Shown here one piece after another: positions 20,615-29,773 of a stretch of 64,000 nt of DNA (position 1 is the first letter of the stretch; the number at the start of each line of letters is the position of its first letter). Source of the stretch: Lachnoclostridium sp. Its GTDB lineage: Bacteria; Bacillota; Clostridia; Lachnospirales; Lachnospiraceae. The notes under the pieces are model-generated. The model saw nothing but the letters and a program-made list of their open reading frames with translations. It was not told the origin of the DNA and did not search any database. A program made the translations under genes and the position numbers. The DNA is taken from assembly GCA_023665475.1 (NCBI GenBank), contig JAMPEB010000006.1, positions 30,607 through 94,606 on the forward strand, read 5' to 3'.

Positions 20615-21604
20615 ATTTTTAAATGTAAAAACTGCGGGGGCAATGTGGTATACAGCCCGGAAAAGCATAAAATGTACTGTCCTTTCTGTGAAAGTGAAAG
20701 TAGTGAGGAGCGAAAGGATTTTACGGAAGGAGATATCAAGATATGCCCAAACTGCGGCGGTGAGGTGCCTGTGTCGGAGCATACCTCTGCTACCCAATGC
20801 CCTTATTGTGATAATTATTTGATTTTGAATCCCAGAGTGGAGGGAGAGTATGAACCGCAAATCATGATTCCTTTTCAGCTTGGCAAGGAGAGCTGTAAGC
20901 AGTCTATCCGTGAGAAGTTTAAGAGCCAGATATTTGCTCCCACGGATTTTTTGTCAGAGGTGCGGCTCAACAGTATGCAGGGTATTTATGTGCCGTTCTG
21001 GTTTTATGATTATGCTGTAAACTGCGACTTTCAGGGAGAGGGCACGAAGGTGCACTCCTGGTCCAGCGGAGATATGCGGTATACGGAGACTTCATACTAT
21101 AATGTAGTCCGCAATATGGATATTATTTTTCAAAAAATTCCCGTGGATGCATCCATAGAGATGCCTGATGGCATTATGGACCTTATGGAGCCATACCAAT
21201 ATCAGCAGTTGGAGGCATTTAAACCGGAGTACATGTCAGGATTTTATGCGGAAAAATACAATATGACTGCCGATAATGTGGAAGAGCGGGCCAGAAAAAA
21301 GATGGATGAGGATGCAAGGGCAATGCTTCGCTCCTCTTATCCCGGATATGCAAGCGTCAGGCCGCTCAGGCAAAATATTCAGGTCAGGGACAGTCATATC
21401 CAATATGGTCTGCTGCCTGTGTGGAAATATAATTATCATTACAAAGACAAGGATTATCCTTTTTATGTAAACGGACAGACCGGGAAAATCGTGGGGACGG
21501 CGCCTTTTTCCAAAGCCAAGGTGTGGGCGTATTCCGGGACTTTATGGGCATGTCTTACATTGGGAATGATACTTATAAACGGTATTTTATCATGCCTGTG
21601 GTAA
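20615..21604 (+). CDS. Zinc-ribbon (two CxxC...CxxC pairs) protein with a C-terminal TM anchor
   Basis: MIFKCKNCGG...YCPFCES...ICPNCGG...QCPYCDN. RBS GGAGG 6 nt upstream of the ATG at 20615. Hydrophobic C-terminus. Confidence 0.65.
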   Translation: MFKCKNCGGNVVYSPEKHKMYCPFCESESSEERKDFTEGDIKICPNCGGEVPVSEHTSATQCPYCDNYLILNPRVEGEYEPQIMIPFQLGKESCKQSIREKFKSQIFAPTDFLSEVRLNSMQGIYVPFWFYDYAVNCDFQGEGTKVHSWSSGDMRYTETSYYNVVRNMDIIFQKIPVDASIEMPDGIMDLMEPYQYQQLEAFKPEYMSGFYAEKYNMTADNVEERARKKMDEDARAMLRSSYPGYASVRPLRQNIQVRDSHIQYGLLPVWKYNYHYKDKDYPFYVNGQTGKIVGTAPFSKAKVWAYSGTLWACLTLGMILINGILSCLW

Positions 21605-21628
21605 AGGGAGAGGAAGGAGTAATTACCC

Positions 21629-22513
21629 ATGGAGAAGGAAATTAAGAGGGAAGCCGGAAAGCAGTATGTCCGCTATTTTCGCCTTTGGTTTATCTTTTTA
21701 GGAATTTTGGCAGTGGTATTTATAGGAGCATTTGCCATAAAGGCTTTAAAGCCTGAGAAAGTCCGTACAAATAAGGAAGCGCCCGAAGAGAGGGTATATG
21801 ATATGGCGGATGTGCTCACGGATGCGGAAGAGCAGAAGTTAAGGGAGCATATTGCAGAGCAGGAAAAGCTGTATCATTTTGACATTGTGCTGGTGACCAT
21901 CAATGAGGATGTGGAAAGTCATGGAAATTATACAACGGTCATGACAAATTGGGCGGATGATTTTTATGATGAACTTAAATATGGTTATAATAAAAGCTTT
22001 GAAGGCGACGGCGTGCTGCTGTTGGATAATTGGTATGAGGATAAACGCGGCAGCCAGAAGGGAAATTGTCTTTCCACCAGCGGAAGTGTGTATAAGAAAT
22101 TTGGCAATGATGAAATTAACCGGGTGCAGGATGCGGTAGACAGATATGTTGATACAGACCCCTATAGGGCGTACAAGGCATATGTGGATGAAACCTGCCG
22201 TCTGATGAGTAGGGGACTTTCTTCCATAAGGATTCCCATTATAGCAATTTTGCTGCTCCCCATTGTGGCGGCAGGGTCTTATCTGACATCTAATATGTAT
22301 CAGACTCCTGCGGCGGATACCACTGCGGCAACGGCTTATGTGCCGGGCGGAAGACCGGATATGCGTGTAAAAAATGATGATTTTATCCGAAAGAATGTGG
22401 TGACTACGAGGATTCAGAGCAGCAGTAGCGGCGGCGGAGGCAGCAGCGGATACGGCGGAAGCCATCGCAGCAGCAGCGGTGCAAGACACGGCGGCGGAGT
22501 GAGGAGAAGATAG
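21629..22513 (+). CDS. TPM-domain (YgcG-like) membrane protein with a Gly/Ser-rich tail
   Basis: N-terminal TM helix, a TPM-type motif (ERVYDMADVLTDAEEQKLREHIAEQEKLYHFDIVLVT), a C-terminal TM segment and a GGGGSSGYGG tail. Confidence 0.7.
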   Translation: MEKEIKREAGKQYVRYFRLWFIFLGILAVVFIGAFAIKALKPEKVRTNKEAPEERVYDMADVLTDAEEQKLREHIAEQEKLYHFDIVLVTINEDVESHGNYTTVMTNWADDFYDELKYGYNKSFEGDGVLLLDNWYEDKRGSQKGNCLSTSGSVYKKFGNDEINRVQDAVDRYVDTDPYRAYKAYVDETCRLMSRGLSSIRIPIIAILLLPIVAAGSYLTSNMYQTPAADTTAATAYVPGGRPDMRVKNDDFIRKNVVTTRIQSSSSGGGGSSGYGGSHRSSSGARHGGGVRRR

Positions 22514-22519
22514 AGAAAA

Positions 22520-22562
22520 CAAAAAAAGAGTGCCTGCTGACGGTGCAGGCACTCTTGTATTT
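22520..22562. terminator. Bidirectional terminator between the TPM-domain gene(+) and rpsT(-)
   Basis: aaaaaaagagtgcctgc-tgacggt-gcaggcactcttgtattt, a perfect 11-bp stem with A and T tracts on either side. Confidence 0.7.
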
Positions 22563-22564
22563 CA

Positions 22565-22828
22565 TTAACCCATCTGGTTGACTGCTTTGCTGATACGGGA
22601 AACTTTTCTGGCAGCGTTGTTCTTGTGATAAACACCCTTGCTGGCAGCCATCTCGATAACCTTGGTAGCGGAAGCAAGTTCAGTCTTTGCAGCATTCCGA
22701 TCACCGGATTCGATAGCAGTGAAAACCTTCTTCATAGCGGTCTTCACACCGGATCTGATAGCCTTATTTCTCTCAGCATTCTTGCGGTTTACCAAAATTC
22801 TCTTTTTCGCAGATTTAATATTAGCCAA
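22565..22828 (-). CDS. rpsT: 30S ribosomal protein S20
   Basis: (M)ANIKSAKKRILVNRKNAERNKAIRS... Start placed at a TTG with the RBS GGAGGTG; the ORF track extends further upstream to 22933. Confidence 0.85.
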   Translation of the reverse strand: MANIKSAKKRILVNRKNAERNKAIRSGVKTAMKKVFTAIESGDRNAAKTELASATKVIEMAASKGVYHKNNAARKVSRISKAVNQMG

Positions 22829-23065
22829 GTCGTGCACCTCCATTTGTATACAATAAATAGTGAATTGTCTGAAAATGTTTGCTCCTGACCAAACACGGTA
22901 GTCAAGATAAACACACTCTTGTAGTTTAGCCAATTATTGTAGTTTTGTCAATACATATTTTTAGGATTTTTGCAAAAAATGTGGATATGGCTGAATTGCC
23001 ACAAATCTTATGACGAAAAAGAGCTGCAAACCATGCCATGCAGCGCGGAAATGGAGAAAATTATG

Positions 23066-23983
23066 GGAAATTTCCAGATAAGAACGGATTTGGCGCTGGA
23101 AGCAAGAGAGACCGTCAGCGAAGCGGACGGGGAGATGCGGGGAATCCGAGTGGAGGAATACTATAAGGAGAAAGAAGATATCCGCGTGACAAAAGTGGTA
23201 ATTGATACCAAAAACGCTGCAAAGACTATGGGGAAGCCCATGGGAACCTATGTGACCATGGAGGCGCCTGCAATGGTGGAACCGGACGATGGCTATCATA
23301 AAGAGATATCAGACTGTTTTGCCGAGGAGCTGCTGCGCATGATACCTGACATAGAGAAAGAATTATCCGTGTTGGTGGTGGGGCTCGGAAACAGGGAGGT
23401 GACGGCGGATGCGCTGGGTCCTCAGGTGGTGGACAATCTTTTTATCACCCGCCATGTGGTAAAAGCCTATGGAACTGCGGCCTATAATTGCAGCCGCATG
23501 AATCTGGTCAGCAGCATTGAGCCGGGCGTTATGGCAAAAACCGGTATGGAGACTGCGGAAATTGTAAAGGGAGTGATTGAGCAGACCCTTCCGGATGTGC
23601 TGATTGTAGTGGATGCTCTTGCCGCAAGAAGCACAAAGCGTTTAAACAGAACCATTCAAATCAGCAATACGGGAATCCAGCCCGGTTCCGGAGTGGGAAA
23701 TCATAGAAACGCCCTGACACAGGAAAGTCTTGGAGTACCGGTGATTGCGGTGGGAGTGCCTACTGTGGTGGATGCTGCAACCATAGTGGGAGATGCCTTG
23801 GAAAAAATAACGGGGGATAATCTGAATCTGAACAGCATCCGCTATCATCATGAGATGGCTTTTGCGGAGTTAAACAATATGTATATGACGGGGAAAGATA
23901 TCGATGCGGTGATAAAAAGGGTAAGTTTTACGGTGTCGGAAGGGATAAATATGGCTATGGAGAAATGCGAGAAGAAGTTCTGA
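23066..23983 (+). CDS. gpr: Germination protease (spore SASP endopeptidase) Gpr
   Basis: MGNFQIRTDLALEARE..., the typical Gpr N-terminus. RBS GGAGA. The rpsT-gpr-spoIIP-lepA neighbourhood is conserved in spore formers. Confidence 0.85.
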   Translation, partial: GNFQIRTDLALEARETVSEADGEMRGIRVEEYYKEKEDIRVTKVVIDTKNAAKTMGKPMGTYVTMEAPAMVEPDDGYHKEISDCFAEELLRMIPDIEKELSVLVVGLGNREVTADALGPQVVDNLFITRHVVKAYGTAAYNCSRMNLVSSIEPGVMAKTGMETAEIVKGVIEQTLPDVLIVVDALAARSTKRLNRTIQISNTGIQPGSGVGNHRNALTQESLGVPVIAVGVPTVVDAATIVGDALEKITGDNLNLNSIRYHHEMAFAELNNMYMTGKDIDAVIKRVSFTVSEGINMAMEKCEKKF

Positions 23984-24141
23984 TTAAAAAAATTCTGGCT
24001 GGGACAGTCTATCATGGAATGACCTTGCAAAGCATATACATAGTATGTATTTGAAAGGACGAGGAGTGAGAGACCGTAAAGGGGCGTATTAAAATCGTAA
24101 ATTTTCGGATATGGCTGGCAGGAATTACTGCGGCGGCAATT

Positions 24142-25305
24142 GTGTGCATGCCGGCCCTAAGGGAACTTACCTCGGGGGAAGTTTCCTTTGTAAAACTGTT
24201 TTGGCAAAGTCTGGCGGAAGATATGGCGGAATATCTGTATCACACATTTCTGCCCATGGCGTCTTTCCCGGAAGGACAGATGCCTGCCAATCACTTGCTG
24301 AATCGGCAGATAAATTCCATTATTCCCTTTTATGGCTATACGATAGAGCGGACGCAGGTGTTGTTGGCAGAAGGAAAGGAAGGGGAAGAAACCTATTTAA
24401 TGGAAATACCGGAAGAAAAAGAGGATGCTTCACTGTTAAGCGAGATGCTGCGGACGGAAAATGAAGCCGCCATGAATGCCATGAAGGATTGGGAAAACGG
24501 ACAGGACATACAGGAACATTTTGTTCCCAATCAATTGCAGCAGAGGATAGATATAGAGGATTTTTCCGATTATGAGGCATTGGTCAAGCGTTTTTATACC
24601 ATTGATGCAAATACCATGGCAGGCAGCGATCAATTAAATGCCAAACTCTTAGCCGAAAAGGATATGAGCATAGACAGAAATGTGGAGGGACCTCAGATTC
24701 TTATTTATCATACTCATTCCCAAGAAGGGTTTGCGGATTCCGTTCCCGGAGACGAAAGCACCACCATTATGGGGGTGGGGGAGCATCTTGCGGAAATCCT
24801 TACAGAGAAGTACGGATATCAGGTGCTTCACCATATGGGAAAATATGATGTGACATCCAGAGACGACGCATATTCCGCCGCACTTCCGGATATAGAGAAG
24901 GTGCTTCGGGAAAATCCTACCATACAGGTGGTGATTGATTTGCACCGGGATCAGATACCGGAATCCACTCATCTGGTGATGGATGTGGGAGGCAGACCTA
25001 CGGCAAGGTTCATGTTCTTTAATGGTATGAGCCGGACCAAAAAAACAGGAAATATATCTTATTTGTACAATGAAAATCTGGAAAGCAATCTGGCGTTTTC
25101 TTTTCAGATGCAGATGAAGGCGGAGAGCTATTACCCGGGGCTTGCCAGAAAAATTTATTTGAAAGGATACCGCTATAATATGCATTTATGTCCCAAAAGC
25201 CTGCTGATTGAATTGGGGGGACAGAATAATACCTTAGAGGAAGCTTTGAATGCCTGTGACCCCATTGCGCATTTGTTGGATATGGTGCTGACGGGGGAAG
25301 CGTGA
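24142..25305 (+). CDS. spoIIP: Stage II sporulation protein P (SpoIIP)
   Basis: ...IYHTHSQEGFADS...LHRDQIP... plus the amidase-like C-terminal region of SpoIIP. The start codon is uncertain; the track ORF starts at 24142 with a non-ATG codon. Confidence 0.75.
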   Translation: MCMPALRELTSGEVSFVKLFWQSLAEDMAEYLYHTFLPMASFPEGQMPANHLLNRQINSIIPFYGYTIERTQVLLAEGKEGEETYLMEIPEEKEDASLLSEMLRTENEAAMNAMKDWENGQDIQEHFVPNQLQQRIDIEDFSDYEALVKRFYTIDANTMAGSDQLNAKLLAEKDMSIDRNVEGPQILIYHTHSQEGFADSVPGDESTTIMGVGEHLAEILTEKYGYQVLHHMGKYDVTSRDDAYSAALPDIEKVLRENPTIQVVIDLHRDQIPESTHLVMDVGGRPTARFMFFNGMSRTKKTGNISYLYNENLESNLAFSFQMQMKAESYYPGLARKIYLKGYRYNMHLCPKSLLIELGGQNNTLEEALNACDPIAHLLDMVLTGEA

Positions 25306-25417
25306 GAAGAATTTCTAAAGCTTCACACTGCAATCTGGACAATGGCAGGATTTTCTGTTACAATACATAGCGAAATGCTTATAAAGACAATATTTTCAGG
25401 AAAACAGAGGAATCGAC

Positions 25418-27235
25418 ATGGCATCCATGGATCAGAGTAAAATCCGCAACTTTTGTATTGTTGCTCATATAGACCACGGCAAATCCACGCTGGCGGACCG
25501 CATTATCGAACAGACGGGGCTTCTTACCAGCAGGGAGATGCAGAATCAGATTTTGGACAATATGGATTTGGAGAGGGAGCGGGGCATCACCATCAAGGCG
25601 CAGGCTGTGCGCACCGTTTATAAGGCGAAAAACGGGGAGGAGTATATCTTTAATTTGATTGACACCCCGGGGCATGTGGACTTTAACTATGAGGTCAGCC
25701 GTTCGCTGGCGGCATGCGACGGCGCTATTTTGGTGGTGGATGCGGCGCAGGGCATTGAAGCCCAGACCTTGGCAAATGTTTATCTTGCTCTGGATAACGA
25801 CTTGGAGGTATTTCCCGTTATCAATAAGATTGATCTGCCCAGTGCAGACCCTCAGCGTGTTATTGAAGAGATTGAGGATGTGATCGGGCTGGAAGCGCAG
25901 GATGCCCCTTTGATTTCCGCCAAAAACGGCATCGGCATTGACGAGGTGTTGGAGCAGATTATAAAGAAGGTTCCCGCACCCAAGGGAAGTCCGGATGCGC
26001 CCCTGCAGGCGCTGATTTTCGATTCCCTGTACGATTCCTATAAGGGCGTTATTATCTTCTGCCGCATCATGGAGGGTACGGTGAAAAAGGGCACGGTTAT
26101 CCGCATGATGGCGACGGGGGCTAAAGAGGAGGTCGTTGAGGTGGGTTATTTCGGCGCCGGGCAGTTTATCCCCTGCGAGGAGCTTTCTGCAGGCATGGTG
26201 GGCTATGTTATGGCTTCTATCAAAAATGTAAAGGATACAAGAGTGGGCGATACGGTGACGGATGATAACAACCCCTGCAGTGAACCCTTGCCCGGATATA
26301 AAAAGGTGCAGTCCATGGTGTACTGCGGACTCTATCCTGCGGACGGCGCAAAATATCCCGATTTGCGGGATGCGTTGGAAAAGCTTCAGTTAAATGATGC
26401 GTCGTTAAATTATGAGCCGGAAACCTCCATTGCATTAGGCTTTGGTTTCCGATGCGGTTTCTTGGGACTGCTGCATCTGGAAATTATACAGGAGAGGCTT
26501 GAGAGAGAGTATAATCTGGATTTGGTGACAACGGCGCCGGGCGTAGTTTATAAAGTACATAAGACAAACGGGGAGGTCATTGAACTGACCAATCCTTCCA
26601 ATCTGCCGGACCCTTCGGAGATTGACTATATGGAGGAGCCCATCGTCAGCGCGGAAATCATGGTTACTTCCGAGTTTATCGGTTCCATTATGGAGCTCTG
26701 TCAGGAGAGAAGGGGACGCTATCTGGGAATGGAATATATCGAGGGGACCAGAGCGCTTTTAAAGTATGAGCTCCCCTTAAACGAAATTATTTATGACTTT
26801 TTTGATGCTTTAAAATCCCGTTCCAGAGGCTATGCTTCCTTTGATTATGACATCAAAGGGTACGAGCAGTCGGATTTGGTGAAATTGGATATATTGATTA
26901 ATCGTGAAGAGGTAGATGCTCTTTCGTTCATCGTGTTTTCCGGCTCCGCATATGAGCGTGGCAGAAAGATGTGTGAAAAGTTAAAGGATGAGATTCCGAG
27001 GCATCTGTTTGAGATTCCCATTCAGGCGGCAGTGGGCGGAAAGGTTATCGCAAGGGAAACCGTGAAAGCGATGCGCAAAGATGTGCTTGCAAAATGCTAT
27101 GGCGGAGACATTACCCGTAAAAAGAAGCTGCTTGAGAAACAGAAGGAAGGCAAGAAGCGCATGCGCCAGATAGGCAGCGTGGAAATTCCACAGAAAGCTT
27201 TTATGAGCGTGTTAAAGCTGGATGACAGAAACTGA
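25418..27235 (+). CDS. lepA: Elongation factor 4 (LepA)
   Basis: [20 protein letters not shown]..., a GTPase; 605 aa. Confidence 0.95.
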   Translation: MASMDQSKIRNFCIVAHIDHGKSTLADRIIEQTGLLTSREMQNQILDNMDLERERGITIKAQAVRTVYKAKNGEEYIFNLIDTPGHVDFNYEVSRSLAACDGAILVVDAAQGIEAQTLANVYLALDNDLEVFPVINKIDLPSADPQRVIEEIEDVIGLEAQDAPLISAKNGIGIDEVLEQIIKKVPAPKGSPDAPLQALIFDSLYDSYKGVIIFCRIMEGTVKKGTVIRMMATGAKEEVVEVGYFGAGQFIPCEELSAGMVGYVMASIKNVKDTRVGDTVTDDNNPCSEPLPGYKKVQSMVYCGLYPADGAKYPDLRDALEKLQLNDASLNYEPETSIALGFGFRCGFLGLLHLEIIQERLEREYNLDLVTTAPGVVYKVHKTNGEVIELTNPSNLPDPSEIDYMEEPIVSAEIMVTSEFIGSIMELCQERRGRYLGMEYIEGTRALLKYELPLNEIIYDFFDALKSRSRGYASFDYDIKGYEQSDLVKLDILINREEVDALSFIVFSGSAYERGRKMCEKLKDEIPRHLFEIPIQAAVGGKVIARETVKAMRKDVLAKCYGGDITRKKKLLEKQKEGKKRMRQIGSVEIPQKAFMSVLKLDDRN

Positions 27236-27327
27236 GCGATTATACTCTAAGCGGCGGAAACACTTGTGCCCTAACTCGGTTTACGAAAAATAGAGATTCC
27301 GGAAGTAAGCATGGATGAGAAGATATT

Positions 27328-28479
27328 ATGATATATAAAAAAGAGTTAGAATTATATTTTCATATTCCCTTTTGTGTGCGCAAGTGTTTATACTGTGATT
27401 TTTTGTCCGCGCCGGCGGATGAAGATACTCAAAATGCCTATATGGAGGCGATGCTTGCGGAAATAGAAGGAAGAGCGGACGAGTACCGAAATTACAGGGT
27501 CTCGTCTGTTTTTATCGGTGGCGGAACCCCGTCCATCATAGCAAAAGAATGGGTGGAGAAACTGCTTTTTGCCGTGAGGGAGAGGTTTGCGTTACAAGAA
27601 GACGCCGAGATTACCATGGAAGTGAATCCGGGGACGGTGGATGAAAAAAAGCTGCGCTGCTATAAAAAGGCAGGAATCAACAGATTAAGCATCGGATTAC
27701 AGTCCGCATCGGATGAGGAATTGAAGGTATTGGGGCGGATTCATCATTATGGACAGTTTCTGGAAACCTATGAGGCGGCAAGGCGGGCGGGTTTTGACAA
27801 TGTGAATGTGGATGTGATGAGCGCCCTGCCGGGACAAAGCATGGAGAGCTATGAGGAGACTCTGTACAAGCTGATTCGGCTGCATCCGGAGCATATTTCG
27901 GCCTACAGCCTGATTGTGGAGGAAAAAACTCCTTTTTACGAGATGTGGCAGGCAGGGACTTTGCGGCTGCCGGATGAGGACTGTGACAGGCGGATGTATG
28001 AAAGGACAAAAGAAATCTTAAGAGCGGCAGGATTTGAGCGTTATGAGATATCCAATTATGCAAAAGAGGGATGCGCCTGCAGGCATAATATAGGATATTG
28101 GCAAAGAACGGATTATATCGGTTTCGGTATCGGGGCGGCATCCCTGTTTGAAAACAGGCGGTTTCGCAATGGGGACAGTCTGAAGAACTATCTGGCGGCT
28201 CCTCTTTTGTGCAGGGAGGAGGAATCTCTTTTAAGCGTGGAAGAGCAGATGGCGGAGTTTTTGTTTCTGGGACTCCGCATGACAAAGGGAGTGAGCTATG
28301 AAAGGTTTCAACAGGTTTTTAACAGGGATATGAATCAGATGTACGGTGAGGTGATCGTAAAAAACCGGGAGGACGGACTTTTGCGGGAATATACGGTGGA
28401 TTCTACGAAAGAGCGCTTTCTTGCCCTGACGGACAAGGGAATTGATGTGAGTAACTATGTGATGGCACAGTTTCTATAA
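27328..28479 (+). CDS. hemW: Radical SAM heme chaperone HemW (HemN-like)
   Basis: LYFHIPFCVRKCLYCDF (CxxxCxxC radical SAM motif) within a HemW-like protein. Confidence 0.9.
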   Translation: MIYKKELELYFHIPFCVRKCLYCDFLSAPADEDTQNAYMEAMLAEIEGRADEYRNYRVSSVFIGGGTPSIIAKEWVEKLLFAVRERFALQEDAEITMEVNPGTVDEKKLRCYKKAGINRLSIGLQSASDEELKVLGRIHHYGQFLETYEAARRAGFDNVNVDVMSALPGQSMESYEETLYKLIRLHPEHISAYSLIVEEKTPFYEMWQAGTLRLPDEDCDRRMYERTKEILRAAGFERYEISNYAKEGCACRHNIGYWQRTDYIGFGIGAASLFENRRFRNGDSLKNYLAAPLLCREEESLLSVEEQMAEFLFLGLRMTKGVSYERFQQVFNRDMNQMYGEVIVKNREDGLLREYTVDSTKERFLALTDKGIDVSNYVMAQFL

Positions 28480-28564
28480 TTAGAATTCTTCTCCATGACT
28501 GACAGGCACGAAGGAAGCGGATTTTTCATAAACTATTGTTAAGAATAATCCACGGAGGATATTT

Positions 28565-29200
28565 TTGAAGACCTTTCAAAAACCCCTGACCCAGAGTGAG
28601 GAGACTGAGTATATCCGTCTGTTGAAGGCTGATGATGCCCAGGGGGCAAAACAGGCAAGGGAAGTCCTGATAGAGCGCAATTTGCGGCTGGTTGCGCATA
28701 TCGCAAAAAAATACCAGAACGTGGACGAAGATATGGAAGACCTGATATCGATTGGATGTATCGGACTCATCAAGGCTGTGGATACCTTTGACGCAGGGAA
28801 GGGAAGGCTGGCGACTTATGCCTGCCGCTGTATAGATAACGAATTGCTGATGCTTTTACGAAGCAAAAAGAAAACCTCGAAGGAAGTGTCGCTTTTTGAA
28901 CCCATAGGACAGGATAAAGAGGGCAATGAAATACAACTGGTGGATGTGCTGGAACAGCACCAGCCGGATGTAATCGAAGGAATGGAGCTGGAGCAAAACA
29001 AAAAGAAACTGTTTCGGTTGATGCAGGAGCGTCTCTCGGAAAAAGAGCGGGAAATCCTGATTATGAGATACGGATTAAACGGAAAAAAAGAGGCAACCCA
29101 AAGCGAAATTGGGGCAAAATTAGGGATTTCGAGAAGCTATGTATCACGGATTGAGAAAAAAGCATTGGGAAAACTTAGGGAGAGTTTTGCGGGAAAATAA
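28565..29200 (+). CDS. sigK: Sporulation sigma factor SigK (no pro-sequence, uninterrupted)
   Basis: TTG start with the RBS GGAGGA. ...ERNLRLVAHIAKKY...DLISIGCIGLIKAVDTF...GISRSYVSRIEKKAL aligns with mature SigK. An in-frame TAA lies 12 codons upstream, so no N-terminal pro-peptide is possible. Confidence 0.8.
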   Translation: MKTFQKPLTQSEETEYIRLLKADDAQGAKQAREVLIERNLRLVAHIAKKYQNVDEDMEDLISIGCIGLIKAVDTFDAGKGRLATYACRCIDNELLMLLRSKKKTSKEVSLFEPIGQDKEGNEIQLVDVLEQHQPDVIEGMELEQNKKKLFRLMQERLSEKEREILIMRYGLNGKKEATQSEIGAKLGISRSYVSRIEKKALGKLRESFAGK

Positions 29201-29215
29201 TTTGTGTGTGAGACA

Positions 29216-29244
29216 GCGAGCCGAACCCAACGGGTTCGACTCGC
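29216..29244. terminator. Bidirectional hairpin between sigK(+) and ssrA(-)
   Basis: gcgagccgaaccc-aac-gggttcgactcgc, a 13-bp stem with one mismatch. The 3' arm copies the tmRNA T-arm sequence. Confidence 0.5.
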
Positions 29245-29260
29245 CATCGAATTTCAAAAG

Positions 29261-29657
29261 TGGAGTAGACGGGAGTCGAACCCGTGTCCAAAAGCCCATT
29301 CCCTGTCCTTCTACTATCATAGTCCGTTATCCTGACCGGTCTTGCACCGGTCTGTTCCCGCCTGCAAAAGGAAACGAACAGCCTTTTGCATTTAGTAGCT
29401 TCATGATACGCCTATGCGCGCAAAGCTTAACGCATATCGTTTCTCACATGCTTTGATGCCCGGATTCCGAAGTGTGAGTGCTTCGGAGCGGACAAGCCGC
29501 CTGGGCGGCGTCACCTACAGCTTAGGCTGCAAGTGCGTACTGATAATTGTCTTCAGCGTTTAATTTAATTGCGCGAACATGGTTCGCTTTGCGATTAGCG
29601 TGTCGCAACGGATAGCTTCTCCAGCTGCAAAGCCCCTGTCGAAACCTTGACTACCCC
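29261..29657 (-). ncRNA. ssrA: tmRNA (ssrA)
   Basis: Minus strand: a 5' GGGGTAG pairs with the 3' CTACTCC acceptor strand. T-arm ACGGGTTCGACTCCCGT. Tag ORF ...AAUUAAAC|GCU GAA GAC AAU UAU CAG UAC GCA CUU GCA GCC UAA encodes (A)EDNYQYALAA. Confidence 0.85.
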
Positions 29658-29667
29658 ATATATGTTC

Positions 29668-29696
29668 AGTATATGCAATTTTTCAATTTCTGTCAA
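29668..29696 (-). promoter_or_regulatory. Sigma-A promoter of ssrA
   Basis: Minus strand TTGACA-17 nt-TATACT, ending about 10 nt upstream of the tmRNA 5' G. Confidence 0.55.
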
Positions 29697-29773
29697 CTGC
29701 CATTTATTTCACATTATTATGAAATCTCAGCCCTGTAGTTTTGTATTGCTTTTAGGATAGTAAATATGATAAT

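Noticed and set aside
24111-24464. ORF 24111..24464 (+), 117 aa, Gly/Arg-rich
   Set aside because: It is an alternative frame overlapping the 5' end of spoIIP, with no RBS, so it is probably not real. It does indicate that the true spoIIP start is uncertain.
29201-29260. A plus-strand tRNA suggested by GGTTCGACTC just after sigK
   Set aside because: There is no acceptor or anticodon arm. The sequence forms a simple hairpin with an upstream complement, and is interpreted as a terminator or scar rather than a tRNA gene.
29139-29456. ORF 29139..29456 (+), 105 aa
   Set aside because: It lies entirely over the tmRNA gene and its terminator hairpin on the opposite strand, and has no RBS.
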